DNA of 41,409 nucleotides from Flavobacteriaceae bacterium. Its GTDB lineage: Bacteria; Bacteroidota; Bacteroidia; Flavobacteriales; Flavobacteriaceae. Shown here in pieces: positions 7,694 to 17,160 of the stretch (position 1 is its first letter; the number at the start of each line of letters is the position of its first letter). Location of the stretch: positions 1 through 41,409 of the forward strand of contig JANTGO010000001.1 of assembly GCA_024763015.1 (NCBI GenBank), in the 5' to 3' direction. The notes under the pieces were generated by a model. It saw nothing but the letters and a program-made list of their open reading frames with translations, was not told the origin of the DNA and made no database searches. Position numbers and translations under genes: made by a program.

Positions 7694-9409
7694 TTATTCT
7701 GCAATAGCTTGTTTGTAAAAATCTAATTCCGAAATATCAAATCGGTAGATATAATCGTTATTCTTTTGATTTTCAGCAGCAGCCAATTCGACAAACAGTT
7801 TGGCGGATTTTTCATAAACTTTGTTTCGTTGGCTGTCCAAAATCAATAAATAACTTGTTAAGATATTACCTGCCATTTCGACCAATCTTCTGGCGTGAAA
7901 ATCCAGATAATCTTGATTTTCAGCAGCTTCTACTTTTTCGACTGCTTTAGTATATTGTGTGGTTAGTTCTTGAAGTGTTTCTTTTAGTTTTTGATTTTCT
8001 TCACTCACTTCCGCTTCATAAACACGAATTTGGTCTATATAAACACCCGTTGTTACCCCTCGGATAGCGGCTACAACTTGTAGTTGACTGGTACCTTCGT
8101 AGATGGAAGTAATTCTGGCATCTCTGTAAATACGTTCGATAGGGAAATCTTTCATAAAACCGGTTCCACCGTGTATTTGCAAGGAATCATAGGCAATGCT
8201 ATTAGAAGCTTCACTTCCCATCAGTTTAATGAGCGGTGTAAAAACATTGGCCAATTTGCCGTAATGTTTCATCTCCATACGCTCTTCTTTTTCGAGCTTT
8301 CTAGACTTCATGGTTTCTTCGTAAGCTTTGGTCAAATCTACAAATCGGGTTGTTTCGTAGAGCAAAGCACGTAACCCGTCTATTTTCACTTTCATATTGG
8401 TAATCATCTCATAGACAGCAGGAAACTGAATGATGGGCTGTCCAAATTGGGTTCTTTCTCTGGCATATTTAACGGCTTCTCTATAAGCAGCTTCTGCAAT
8501 TCCTACGGATTGTGCACCCACGCCCAATCGTGCAGAATTCATCAAAGACATCACATATTTTATCAAGCCAAATTTTTCACTTCCGACTAACTCGGCAGGG
8601 GCATTGTTAAATACCAATTCGGTTGTAGGTGAACCAACGATGCCCAGTTTGTGTTCGAGGTGTCTAACTTTTACGGCTTTGTTTTTTCTGTCGTAAATAA
8701 ACATAGACAAGCCACGTGCATCAGAAGTACCATCGACAGAGCGGGCAAGAACCAATGAAATATCAGCATCTCCGTTAGTGATAAATCTTTTGACACCGTT
8801 GAGGCGCCATAGTTTATTTTCTTCGTCCCAACTTGCTTTGAGCGAAACGGCTTGTAAATCGGATCCGGCATCGGGTTCTGTCAGCACCATTGCAGCGGTG
8901 TCGCCTTGTTCGTTGAAACGAGGTAAATAGGTCTCTTTTTGTTCTTCCGAGCCAAATTCGTAGATGGTTTCGGCGCAATCTTGTAAGCCCCAAATATTGG
9001 CAAATCCGGCATCGGCACGTGCAATCATTTCGCCTGCCATTACGTATGGCATAATCGGGAAATTAAGTCCGGCATATTTTCTGGGAAGCGTCATGCCGAT
9101 CATTCCGGCTTTGTATAGCGCTTGATAATTTTCGGTAGTACCTTTGGCATACACCACTTCGTTATTCACGATTTTTGGTCCTTCGGTATCTACGGATTCG
9201 GCATTCTCAGCAATTGTTATGGCGCAGATTTCGCCAACAATTTCTAATACTTTATTGTAGGAATCGAGTGCATCTTCATGATTGATAGGTGCATAATCAA
9301 ATTCTTTGGCTTCATTGAAATTCTTTTCTTTTAGTGCTACTACTTTTTTCATCAAAGGATGCGATAAGTGGAAACTAAAATCAGGTGTATCGTTATAAAA
9401 ATTACTCAT
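7694..9409 (-). CDS. Long acyl-CoA dehydrogenase family protein with C-terminal helical extension
   Basis: ACAD blocks LTEPDAGSD, RFITNGD and IYEGTSQLQ. 571 aa versus about 380 for classic short/medium-chain enzymes. 17 nt downstream of etfA. Confidence 0.85.
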   Translation of the reverse strand: MSNFYNDTPDFSFHLSHPLMKKVVALKEKNFNEAKEFDYAPINHEDALDSYNKVLEIVGEICAITIAENAESVDTEGPKIVNNEVVYAKGTTENYQALYKAGMIGMTLPRKYAGLNFPIMPYVMAGEMIARADAGFANIWGLQDCAETIYEFGSEEQKETYLPRFNEQGDTAAMVLTEPDAGSDLQAVSLKASWDEENKLWRLNGVKRFITNGDADISLVLARSVDGTSDARGLSMFIYDRKNKAVKVRHLEHKLGIVGSPTTELVFNNAPAELVGSEKFGLIKYVMSLMNSARLGVGAQSVGIAEAAYREAVKYARERTQFGQPIIQFPAVYEMITNMKVKIDGLRALLYETTRFVDLTKAYEETMKSRKLEKEERMEMKHYGKLANVFTPLIKLMGSEASNSIAYDSLQIHGGTGFMKDFPIERIYRDARITSIYEGTSQLQVVAAIRGVTTGVYIDQIRVYEAEVSEENQKLKETLQELTTQYTKAVEKVEAAENQDYLDFHARRLVEMAGNILTSYLLILDSQRNKVYEKSAKLFVELAAAENQKNNDYIYRFDISELDFYKQAIAE

Positions 9410-9426
9410 TTTCGATAGTTTAAAGT

Positions 9427-10446
9427 TTATTTGGTGTTTTTCTTGTAGGTTTTAATCATTTTTGGAATGACTTCATTTAAATCTCCTGTGATGATATAAT
9501 CGGCAATTTGATTAATCGGCGCATTTTTATCGGTATTGATAGCGATAATCATGGCGGCATTTTGCATGCCTGCCGTGTGTTGAACCGCTCCGGAAATACC
9601 TGCCGCTATGTAGAGTTTTGGTCTGACAGTAACCCCGGTTTGACCAATTTGTCTCTCGTGTTCTATAAAACCGGCATCGACGGCGGCACGTGATCCGCCT
9701 ACTTCGCCTCCGAGTACTTCTGCTAGATCAAAAAGTTGCTTAAAGTTTTCTTTTGAACCAACGCCATAACCTCCGGCAACAATGATGGGGGCATCTTTTA
9801 GATTGACGTTAGATTTTTCTATTTTTCTTTCTAATATTTTTACGACAAAATGGCTGTCATTCAGAAGTTTGCTAACGTCAATTTTTTCAATTTGACTTTT
9901 ATTCTCGGAGTCAAATATTTCATTTTTCATCACGCCTTCACGAACTGTTGCCATTTGTGGAAATCTGTCCCAGTTGATAATATTGGCCATAATACTTCCT
10001 CCAAAAGCAGGACGAATGGCATAAAGCAGGTTTTTATATTCCTTTTTTTCTTTTGCCACATAATGGTCACCAATGTCTAAGATGGTGGTGTCAGCGGTAA
10101 GTCCGCAACCCAATGCAGAGGCAATACGTGGCGCCAAATCGCGTCCAGTAGCTGTGGCACCAAATAACACGATTTGCGGTTCTTGTTGCTTGATAATATG
10201 TATGGCTAATTCAGCATGAGGCAAAGTGGTGTAGGGTTCGAGTCGTTTGTCATCAGCTATATAGATTTTGTCAACGCCGTAAGGTGATATTTGTGTTTGA
10301 ATGTTGTCAAGTTTGTTTGAAAAAACCATTGCTTCCAGTTGAACGCCCAATTTTTCTGCCAGTTTTTTTCCGGCAGAGAGGAGTTCTTGGCTAATTTCCG
10401 CAACCTTTTGGTTTTCAGCTTCACAATAAACTAATACGTTTTTCAT
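9427..10446 (-). CDS. etfA: Electron transfer flavoprotein alpha (large) subunit
   Basis: C-terminal FAD block PKLYIAAGISGAVQHTAGM and VAGGYGVGS. 339 aa. Confidence 0.9.
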   Translation of the reverse strand: MKNVLVYCEAENQKVAEISQELLSAGKKLAEKLGVQLEAMVFSNKLDNIQTQISPYGVDKIYIADDKRLEPYTTLPHAELAIHIIKQQEPQIVLFGATATGRDLAPRIASALGCGLTADTTILDIGDHYVAKEKKEYKNLLYAIRPAFGGSIMANIINWDRFPQMATVREGVMKNEIFDSENKSQIEKIDVSKLLNDSHFVVKILERKIEKSNVNLKDAPIIVAGGYGVGSKENFKQLFDLAEVLGGEVGGSRAAVDAGFIEHERQIGQTGVTVRPKLYIAAGISGAVQHTAGMQNAAMIIAINTDKNAPINQIADYIITGDLNEVIPKMIKTYKKNTK

Positions 10447-10479
10447 GTGTTTGTAATTTTAAATTATTTGTTGGAAACC

Positions 10480-10529
10480 TATGAAAATCAATAAATTATA
10501 CACTAGGTATTTATCGAGCTATTTTCATA
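10480..10529. repeat. 9-bp inverted repeat TATGAAAAT / ATTTTCATA in the 114-nt etfB-etfA spacer
   Basis: Arms at 10480-10488 and 10521-10529. I found no -7 box in the spacer. Confidence 0.4.
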
Positions 10530-10560
10530 TGTTTATGATTGTTTGTTTTTATGAAATGGA

Positions 10561-11436
10561 TTATCCGATAGTATGATGGTCTATCAGTTCTTTAATCATG
10601 TTTTCTATATCAGCTTCGCTATCGCTCAAAACTTTTGATTCGTTAGCTGTAAATACAACGTTTTCAATGCTTTTAACCTTTGTGGGTGATCCGGCTAAAC
10701 CGATTTTTTCTTTTTCGGCTTCAATATCTTCAACATTCCATTCTTCAATTTTGAGGTAGGGACGCTCCTTATGCAGTTCTTGTAGCCAATCTTCTGCTTT
10801 GGTCATTTCGGTTTTACTTCTTGCATATTTGTATTTCATAACGCGTTTGGCAACAGGCATTCTGCATTCAGGCGCCGAACCGTGTACCGTTATAAGACAG
10901 GGCATAAGTGCCTCTACGATTTCGATACCTTTGTCGAGTTTTCGTTTCACGACAATTTTATCATCTGTAATTTCCGATATTTCGATTGCGTAGGTTACTT
11001 GATTGATGTGTAATTTTTCGGCGGTTTGGGGTCCCACTTGTGCCGTATCACCATCAATAGCTTGTCTGCCTCCTAGGATTAGGTCGTAATCTTTTATTTT
11101 TTTTATGGCTTGTGCAATTGTATAACTGGTTGCCAGAGTATCGGCGCCACCAAATCGACGGTCGGATATCATAATGGCTTTATCAGCACCTAGGTAAAGA
11201 GAATCTCTCATAATATCGGCAGCTTTTGGCGGTCCCATCGTGAGTACGGTAACACTGGTTCCCGGAACGCGATCTTTGATATGGAGTGCCATTTCTAAAG
11301 CGCTTAAATCATCGGGGTTAAAAATAGTAGGAATTTTAGCTCTGTTAACCGTGCCATCAGGTTTCATAGCGTCTGACCCAAGGTTTCTGGTATCCGGAAC
11401 TTGTTTGGCTAAAACAATAATTTTTAATGGATTCAT
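10561..11436 (-). CDS. etfB: Electron transfer flavoprotein beta (small) subunit, FixA-like
   Basis: AKQVPDT, NPDD and GRQAIDGDTAQVGPQ blocks. Start moved to ATG 11436 (MNPLKIIVLAKQ). The 37 extra track residues are low-complexity and cover the -7 box at 11473-11480. Confidence 0.85.
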   Translation of the reverse strand: MNPLKIIVLAKQVPDTRNLGSDAMKPDGTVNRAKIPTIFNPDDLSALEMALHIKDRVPGTSVTVLTMGPPKAADIMRDSLYLGADKAIMISDRRFGGADTLATSYTIAQAIKKIKDYDLILGGRQAIDGDTAQVGPQTAEKLHINQVTYAIEISEITDDKIVVKRKLDKGIEIVEALMPCLITVHGSAPECRMPVAKRVMKYKYARSKTEMTKAEDWLQELHKERPYLKIEEWNVEDIEAEKEKIGLAGSPTKVKSIENVVFTANESKVLSDSEADIENMIKELIDHHTIG

Positions 11437-11472
11437 AATTTTCTGTTTTTTTGGCTCATAAATATATGTGTA

Positions 11473-11480
11473 CAAATGTA
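11473..11480 (-). promoter_or_regulatory. -7 box TACATTTG upstream of etfB
   Basis: Reverse complement of CAAATGTA, 36 nt before ATG 11436. Confidence 0.45.
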
Positions 11481-11597
11481 TGATTGTTTCGTTTAAATAT
11501 TCTCTGAACAAGAATCTAATAATGAATTCCAAATATAGTAATAACATCCAAAAAAAATCTGATATGTTTCAGTTTTTATGCGATTATTATGGTGTAT

Positions 11598-11627
11598 AAA
11601 AAAAATCCTACCAAATTATTGATAGGA
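11598..11627 (-). terminator. Rho-independent terminator after fabI
   Basis: Hairpin at 11606-11627 (TCCTACCAA ATTA TTGATAGGA, one mismatch), followed on the minus strand by U8 (plus-strand A8, 11598-11605). Confidence 0.6.
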
Positions 11628-11652
11628 CTCTTTAAAATTAAGATTGATAATT

Positions 11653-12504
11653 CTATTTCTTTTTCTTTGTCTTTTTTTCTTCGCTTGCTTCTTGTTTGTT
11701 AAACATACTCATAATTTCATCACTGATACCCATATTAGAAAATCCCCCATCGTGAAATAAGTTTTGAAGCGTTACTTTTTTGGTTAGGTCGGAGAATAAA
11801 GAAATGGTATAATCTGCACATTCCAAAGCCGTTGCGTTTCCTAGTGGCGACATCTTGTCAGCATAAGCCAAGAAACCATCAAAGCCTTTTACGCCACTTC
11901 CAGCAGTGGTAGGTGTGGGCGATTGTGAAATGGTGTTGACGCGTACCTTAAAATCCCTTCCAAAGAAGTAGCCAAAACTACGAGCAATTGACTCCAAATA
12001 AGCTTTGTTGTCAGCCATGTCGTTGTAGTCAGGAAATACTCTTTGGGCTGCGATGTAAGATAGCGCCACAATGCTACCCCATTCATTCATTGCTTGTTTG
12101 TTATACAATACGTTCATAACGCGGTGAAAAGAGAGGGCTGACACATCCCAACCCACTTTGGTAAAATGATAATCTTGGTCGGTATAATGATATCCGCGAC
12201 GTACGTTTACAGACATCCCGATGGAGTGTAAAACAAAATCAATTTTACCACCCAATATTTTAACGGATTCTTCGACAAGATGTTCCAAATCTTTCATAGA
12301 GGTAGCATCTGCCGGAATGATTTGTGAACCGGTTTCTTCAGCCAACTCGTTTATTTTTCCCATTCTTAAAGCGACAGGTGCATTGGTTAGAACAAATTGC
12401 GCTCCTTCTTCATGAGCTCTTTGTGCTACTTTCCAAGCGATTGAATTGGGGTCTAAAGCGCCAAAAATAATTCCTTTTTTTCCTTTGAGTAAGTTGTAAG
12501 ACAT
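11653..12504 (-). CDS. fabI: Enoyl-[acyl-carrier-protein] reductase (NADH), FabI type
   Basis: N-terminal GKKGIIFGALDPNSIAW dinucleotide fold. Y-x6-K (YNDMADNK). SDR length, with a Lys-rich tail KKTKKKK. Confidence 0.85.
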   Translation of the reverse strand: MSYNLLKGKKGIIFGALDPNSIAWKVAQRAHEEGAQFVLTNAPVALRMGKINELAEETGSQIIPADATSMKDLEHLVEESVKILGGKIDFVLHSIGMSVNVRRGYHYTDQDYHFTKVGWDVSALSFHRVMNVLYNKQAMNEWGSIVALSYIAAQRVFPDYNDMADNKAYLESIARSFGYFFGRDFKVRVNTISQSPTPTTAGSGVKGFDGFLAYADKMSPLGNATALECADYTISLFSDLTKKVTLQNLFHDGGFSNMGISDEIMSMFNKQEASEEKKTKKKK

Positions 12505-12538
12505 AAAAATTTGGTTTGATTATAAAATAAATTCGGGG

Positions 12539-12546
12539 CAAAGATA
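12539..12546 (-). promoter_or_regulatory. -7 box TATCTTTG upstream of fabI
   Basis: Reverse complement of CAAAGATA, 34 nt before ATG 12504. Confidence 0.45.
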
Positions 12547-12595
12547 CATTTTTTTTTAAACTTGACATTTGTCAGTTTTTGCTCTTATTTAAATC

Positions 12596-12626
12596 AAAAA
12601 AAAGCGCTCCGATATCGAGGCGCTTT
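12596..12626 (-). terminator. Rho-independent terminator after the DUF3276 gene
   Basis: GC-rich hairpin AAAGCGC...GCGCTTT (12601-12626), followed on the minus strand by a U-run (plus-strand A8, 12596-12603). Confidence 0.6.
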
Positions 12627-12650
12627 CTATAAAGGGGTTATGTGATTTGA

Positions 12651-13049
12651 TTAAATATCATCAAAATCAATATTAGTGAAGTCGTTATTGTCTGTTTCGG
12701 TTTTTTCCTCTTTTTCTTCTACGTTTTCTTCAGTATTTTCCGGAGTGATAGGGGTAAAATCTTTTTGATGTCTTTCAGAAATAACTTCCTCTCCTTTTTC
12801 TTCAATGATAAAATCCGTTACATCGTTTAGAAGCTCTTTAAACTTTTCAAAATCTTCTTTGTAGAGATAGATTTTATGTTTTTTATAGTTAAAAGTTCCG
12901 TCTTCATTCATGTTCTTCTTACTTTCTGTAATAGTAAGATAGTAATCGCCTGCCTTAGTTTCTCTTACGTCAAAGAAATAGGTTCTCCTACCTGCTCTAA
13001 AAATTTTAGAGTAAATCTCTTCTGGTTTGGTGTATTCTTTTTCACTCAT
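12651..13049 (-). CDS. PUR-alpha-like nucleic-acid-binding protein (DUF3276 family) with acidic tail
   Basis: The FRAGRRTYFFDVRETKAGDYYLTITESKK block is typical of DUF3276. Start moved to ATG 13049, 32 nt behind a -7 box; the longer track ORF covers that box. Confidence 0.65.
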   Translation of the reverse strand: MSEKEYTKPEEIYSKIFRAGRRTYFFDVRETKAGDYYLTITESKKNMNEDGTFNYKKHKIYLYKEDFEKFKELLNDVTDFIIEEKGEEVISERHQKDFTPITPENTEENVEEKEEKTETDNNDFTNIDFDDI

Positions 13050-13081
13050 TTTCCAACTATCTTTTTTAGATTTATACGCTA

Positions 13082-13089
13082 CAAAGCTA
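13082..13089 (-). promoter_or_regulatory. -7 box TAGCTTTG upstream of the DUF3276 gene
   Basis: Reverse complement of CAAAGCTA, 32 nt before ATG 13049. Confidence 0.45.
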
Positions 13090-13148
13090 ACAAAAAAATT
13101 ATTCAAATAAAAAAAATATTTTTTTGCTTTATTTGACAAAATATGAAT

Positions 13149-13156
13149 TAAATTTG
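13149..13156 (+). promoter_or_regulatory. -7 box TAAATTTG upstream of nusB
   Basis: 26 nt before ATG 13183, divergent from the DUF3276 promoter. Confidence 0.45.
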
Positions 13157-13182
13157 CAAATCATTAGAATGAATTGACATTT

Positions 13183-14124
13183 ATGATTAATAGAAGGAAT
13201 ATAAGGACGAAAGTGTTACAAGCCGTTTTTGCAATGCGCTTATCACACGCTGACAATTTACCCCAACAGCAAAAGCAGCTTTTTTTGAGTTTTGATAATA
13301 TTTATAAGCTTTATATGCTTTTATTATTGCTTTTGCTTGCCTTAAAAAAGAAAGCTCTAGAAGAAATTAATATAGGGCTAAAAAAAAATTTTCCTTCAGA
13401 TGCCGATTTGAATCCCAATTATAAATTTGTCAATAATGCTATTTTTAAGTATCTAGAAAACAATAGCCTTCTAACGGATTATAAGAAACGTCATAAATTA
13501 GACAAATGGGATATGGATAAGGAACTGGTCAATATTGTTTGGCAAAAAATAAAGTCCGGTAAGCTATATCAATCATATATGGGTGAGCAGAAGACATCTT
13601 TTGTGAATGATAAGAATTTTGTTTTAGATTTGTATAAGAATTATATTGCCCCTGAGGTGAAATTACACGAATCTTTTGAAGCGGATGAAAGCCATTGGGC
13701 AGATGATATTGCAGTATCCAATACATTGGTTATGAAAACGATAACTTCCTTAAAAGAAGATGGTTTAACAGCCGATTTGCCTAGATTGTTTAAAGATGAA
13801 ATCGATAGAGAATTTGCAGGCGATTTATTTCTCAAGACGGTTTTAAACGATGAAAAGTTAGACAAATTGCTAGAAGGCAAAACGCCCAATTGGTCTTATG
13901 ATCGGATTTCTGAAATCGATAAAATGATTATGAAGATGGCAGCGGTAGAGTTTTTATATTTTCCTTCTATTCCTGCTACGGTTACCATAAATGAGTATGT
14001 CGAAATCGCTAAGGAATACTCGACACCTAAAAGCAATGTCTTTATCAATGGTGTTTTGCATAATTTATATAACGACCTGAACGAAAAAGGTGAAATTAAT
14101 AAAAATGTTAGAGGACGAAGTTAG
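13183..14124 (+). CDS. nusB: Transcription antitermination factor NusB (long Bacteroidota form)
   Basis: N-terminal RRNIRTKVLQAVFA. C-terminal NusB core DRISEIDKMIMKMAAVEF ... INEYVEIAKEYSTPKSNVFINGVL. First ATG is 13183; the track start at 13174 is TTG. Confidence 0.8.
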   Translation: MINRRNIRTKVLQAVFAMRLSHADNLPQQQKQLFLSFDNIYKLYMLLLLLLLALKKKALEEINIGLKKNFPSDADLNPNYKFVNNAIFKYLENNSLLTDYKKRHKLDKWDMDKELVNIVWQKIKSGKLYQSYMGEQKTSFVNDKNFVLDLYKNYIAPEVKLHESFEADESHWADDIAVSNTLVMKTITSLKEDGLTADLPRLFKDEIDREFAGDLFLKTVLNDEKLDKLLEGKTPNWSYDRISEIDKMIMKMAAVEFLYFPSIPATVTINEYVEIAKEYSTPKSNVFINGVLHNLYNDLNEKGEINKNVRGRS

Positions 14125-14171
14125 TCCTTGAATAATAAAATTAACGATTTAATAATTAAAACTAAATAATA

Positions 14172-14693
14172 ATGAAAAAACTTATTTACTTATCAGTATT
14201 TGCATTGATTTTTGCAACGGGTTGTAACAATGACAATCCTGCTTCAAAAATTAAAGAAGATCACTTAAAAATGGCTAAGGAAAAATTGGCAGCAATGAAC
14301 AAATTTCCAACTATGGATTTTGAAACAAAACTTGTCGATTTTGGCACGCACAACGAAGGTGATATATTAGATACCGTTTTCAAATTTAAGAATAACGGCG
14401 AGATACCATTGGTCATTACCAAAGTAAAAACCAGTTGTGGTTGTACCACACCTTATTGGCCTAAAGAACCGATTAAACCGGGTGATTCCAGTGAAATAAA
14501 AGTTCGTTTTAACACCAATCACAAACCCGGAAAACAGTCTAAAACCATTACCATACACGCCAATCTTAAAAACTTGACCGAACAAGTAGTCATAAAAGCT
14601 TATAACATTCCTAAAACAAAAGAAGGAAAAGAAAAATTAAGCACGGTGAATAAAATTTTAAAAAATAAAATGACCGCAAAAGATTTGCAATAA
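14172..14693 (+). CDS. DUF1573 domain lipoprotein
   Basis: Lipobox FATGC. Hallmark TSCGCT motif inside an Ig-like beta domain. Confidence 0.75.
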   Translation: MKKLIYLSVFALIFATGCNNDNPASKIKEDHLKMAKEKLAAMNKFPTMDFETKLVDFGTHNEGDILDTVFKFKNNGEIPLVITKVKTSCGCTTPYWPKEPIKPGDSSEIKVRFNTNHKPGKQSKTITIHANLKNLTEQVVIKAYNIPKTKEGKEKLSTVNKILKNKMTAKDLQ

Positions 14694-14715
14694 TTACAAT
14701 TTAAATTTATTGTAT

Positions 14716-14739
14716 AAAGACGCGATTTATCGCGTCTTT
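14716..14739 (+). terminator. Hairpin terminator after the DUF1573 gene
   Basis: Perfect AAAGACGCGAT / ATCGCGTCTTT arms. The short T-run is part of the 3' arm. Confidence 0.5.
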
Positions 14740-14762
14740 ATGCATATATAATGGTATAAGAT

Positions 14763-15980
14763 ATGATAGCCAAGAATCAATTTAGAATAGCAATTTATTT
14801 TTTTGTGGCAATTGCCTTGCTGGGATTGATTTTACGAACCATTCCGGTTTATGATTTGGGCATAAATTTTACCAATTTCTTACATGCCCATTCTCATGTT
14901 GCTTTTTTGGGTTGGTTGCACGGTGCTTTTATCAGTTTGGTGTCATTTGTTTTTTTAAAAGATAAATTGGAGACCCCTCGATTTAAATTTATATATTTTT
15001 TTACGATTGCCAATGTAATAGGAATGTATTTCTCCTTTCCCATTCAAGGTTACAAATTTTTTTCAATATTATTTCTCTCATTATTTTTAATAGCTACCTA
15101 TTTGTTTTTACATTATTTTTTCAAGAACAAATCGGAGGTAGCACTTTATCCGGCAACTTATAAATTTGTAAAAGCAGGTCTATTACTACAACTTTTGTCG
15201 AGTTTGAGCCCTTGGTCTTTGGGGATTGTGATAAAAAAGTTAGGAAAAACATCGGTTTTTTATAAATACGATATTTTTTATTATTTGCATTTTCAATACA
15301 ATGGCTGGTTTTTGTTTGCAATGCTTGGACTGGTTTTTTACCTATTGGAACGTAGAAATATACATTTGAACCAAAAAGATGTTAACCGTATTTATTATTT
15401 GATGCTTACGGCTGTATTTTTTGGATATTTTTCCAATATTTTATGGAGTCATCCCGGATATTTTTACAACTCTTTGGCGCTAATTGGTGCCGGTGCTGAA
15501 ATTATTGCTTTTTTCTTTTTATTACTGATTATCAAACGATATTATCGATATATAAAACATACGATAAGTGATTTTTCTTATAAAATTTTGACTATAGTTC
15601 TTTTTACCTTGATGCTCAAAATGGTATTGCAATTTATGGGTTCTTTTCAGTATTATGCTGATTTGAGTTATCATATTAGAGATTTTATTATTGGATATTT
15701 GCATTTGATTATGTTAGGTATTTTTACACCATTTCTATTGGTTTTAGCACATGAATTAAACTTTATTAATCTTTCAAAAAAGTCGTTTGTTATCTTTTAT
15801 TCCGGTTTTGTCATCACAGAAACTATTATTTTTTTAAGAGCCACTTTCACTTGGTTTTTGGTGTCGGTTAATGCGAGTGTGATAAATGCTTTGTTGTTTG
15901 TTTTTACATTTTGGATGTTTTTGGGAATACTAGGTATTTTGCTAAAAATGGATAAGGAGTTGCTAAGTGTGAAAAATTAA
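14763..15980 (+). CDS. Polytopic membrane protein (about 11-12 TM) with intramembrane histidines; NnrS-like is only a tentative guess
   Basis: Continuous hydrophobic segments. LHAHSHVAFLGWLHG resembles the HxHxxxFG block I recall from NnrS-type proteins. Further His in YYLHFQYNGW and GYLHLIMLG. Confidence 0.5.
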   Translation: MIAKNQFRIAIYFFVAIALLGLILRTIPVYDLGINFTNFLHAHSHVAFLGWLHGAFISLVSFVFLKDKLETPRFKFIYFFTIANVIGMYFSFPIQGYKFFSILFLSLFLIATYLFLHYFFKNKSEVALYPATYKFVKAGLLLQLLSSLSPWSLGIVIKKLGKTSVFYKYDIFYYLHFQYNGWFLFAMLGLVFYLLERRNIHLNQKDVNRIYYLMLTAVFFGYFSNILWSHPGYFYNSLALIGAGAEIIAFFFLLLIIKRYYRYIKHTISDFSYKILTIVLFTLMLKMVLQFMGSFQYYADLSYHIRDFIIGYLHLIMLGIFTPFLLVLAHELNFINLSKKSFVIFYSGFVITETIIFLRATFTWFLVSVNASVINALLFVFTFWMFLGILGILLKMDKELLSVKN

Positions 15981-16004
15981 AAATTAAATTAAAAAAATCG
16001 AACA

Positions 16005-16832
16005 ATGTTATATACTGAATACATTTTTAAGCTTGAAAATCCGGATATTTATAGCGAAATATTCATGGCTGAATTAGCAGAGCTTGGATTTGAAGCTTTT
16101 GAAGAAAGGCCCGACGGTTTTTCTGCTTTTACCAATAAAGCCATTGATTTTGAAAAACACTTGGAAAAGTATCATCAAAAATACAGCTTTACTTCGAGAC
16201 AGATTCCTGAAGAAAATTGGAATAAAACTTGGGAAAAACATATTCAACCACTTGAAATAGATGACAAAATATATATAAAAACGTCTTTTCATCCCGATAA
16301 GAACTTTCAAATTGTAGTGCAAATCGATCCTAAAATGAGTTTTGGAACAGGGCATCACGAAACCACTTATTTGATGATAAAACAATTGCTAAAAATGGAT
16401 TTGAAACATAAATCCATACTAGATATGGGAGCGGGGACAGGTGTGTTGTCAATTATTGCTAATCGTTTGGGGGCATCCCCAATTTATGCAGTTGATAACG
16501 ATAAGTGGGCTTATGAAAACATGTTGGAGAATTTTGAAAAAAATGGAGTTTCTGAAATTAAATCATTTCTTGGAGATGCCGGTATTTTAAAAGATTTTCC
16601 AAAATTTGATGTCGTTTTGGCTAATATCAATCGTAACATTCTATTAAGAGATATAAATCAATATATCAATAAGTTACATAAAAATGGCGTGTTGATAATG
16701 AGTGGTTTTTATACGGAAGATATTCCAATAATTGTTGCGGAGGCAAATAGATGCGGTATGGTATTTGAAGGTCAAATGCAAAAGAACAATTGGGTAAGTT
16801 TATTTTTTGTAATGAAAAATGATGAGAATTAA
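16005..16832 (+). CDS. prmA: Ribosomal protein L11 methyltransferase
   Basis: DPKMSFGTGHHETT and DMGAGTGVLS blocks. 275 aa. Confidence 0.85.
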   Translation: MLYTEYIFKLENPDIYSEIFMAELAELGFEAFEERPDGFSAFTNKAIDFEKHLEKYHQKYSFTSRQIPEENWNKTWEKHIQPLEIDDKIYIKTSFHPDKNFQIVVQIDPKMSFGTGHHETTYLMIKQLLKMDLKHKSILDMGAGTGVLSIIANRLGASPIYAVDNDKWAYENMLENFEKNGVSEIKSFLGDAGILKDFPKFDVVLANINRNILLRDINQYINKLHKNGVLIMSGFYTEDIPIIVAEANRCGMVFEGQMQKNNWVSLFFVMKNDEN

Positions 16833-16861
16833 AAAATAATAGTTAATTTTAGCCGTTAAAA

Positions 16862-17143
16862 ATGTTTATGAAAATGACCGAAAAACAATCACCGGAACAC
16901 ATACACAAGCATTCTGAAACAAAACTTTCAAAAATAGTTTTGTATAACGACGATATCAATACTTTTGATTTTGTCATTGAAATGTTGATGCGCTACTGTG
17001 AACATTCATTGGAGCAAGCAGAGCAATGTGCCTTGTTAACACATTACAAAGGAAAGAGTATCGTTAAAAAAGGCACTTATCAAAAACTGGAACCCATAGC
17101 TTCTGCCTTGTTGGATAAAGGTTTAAGCGTGGAAATAGAATAA
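16862..17143 (+). CDS. clpS: ATP-dependent Clp protease adaptor ClpS
   Basis: VLYNDDINTFDFVIEML ... EQAEQCALLTHYKGKSIV is the ClpS core. Alternative Met starts at codons 3 and 5. Confidence 0.85.
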   Translation: MFMKMTEKQSPEHIHKHSETKLSKIVLYNDDINTFDFVIEMLMRYCEHSLEQAEQCALLTHYKGKSIVKKGTYQKLEPIASALLDKGLSVEIE

Positions 17144-17160
17144 AATTATTAGCAATTTAT

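Noticed and set aside
10561-11547. Over-extended ORF-track starts for etfB (11547). The same applies to the DUF3276 gene (13139), the SRPBCC gene (23753), the LolD-like gene (25637), the T9SS cargo (19421), the AMP-binding enzyme (7597), hemY (39092) and nusB (13174).
   Set aside because: The extensions are non-ATG or low-complexity. They run over the predicted -7 promoter boxes and precede conserved N-termini or signal peptides that begin at internal ATGs.
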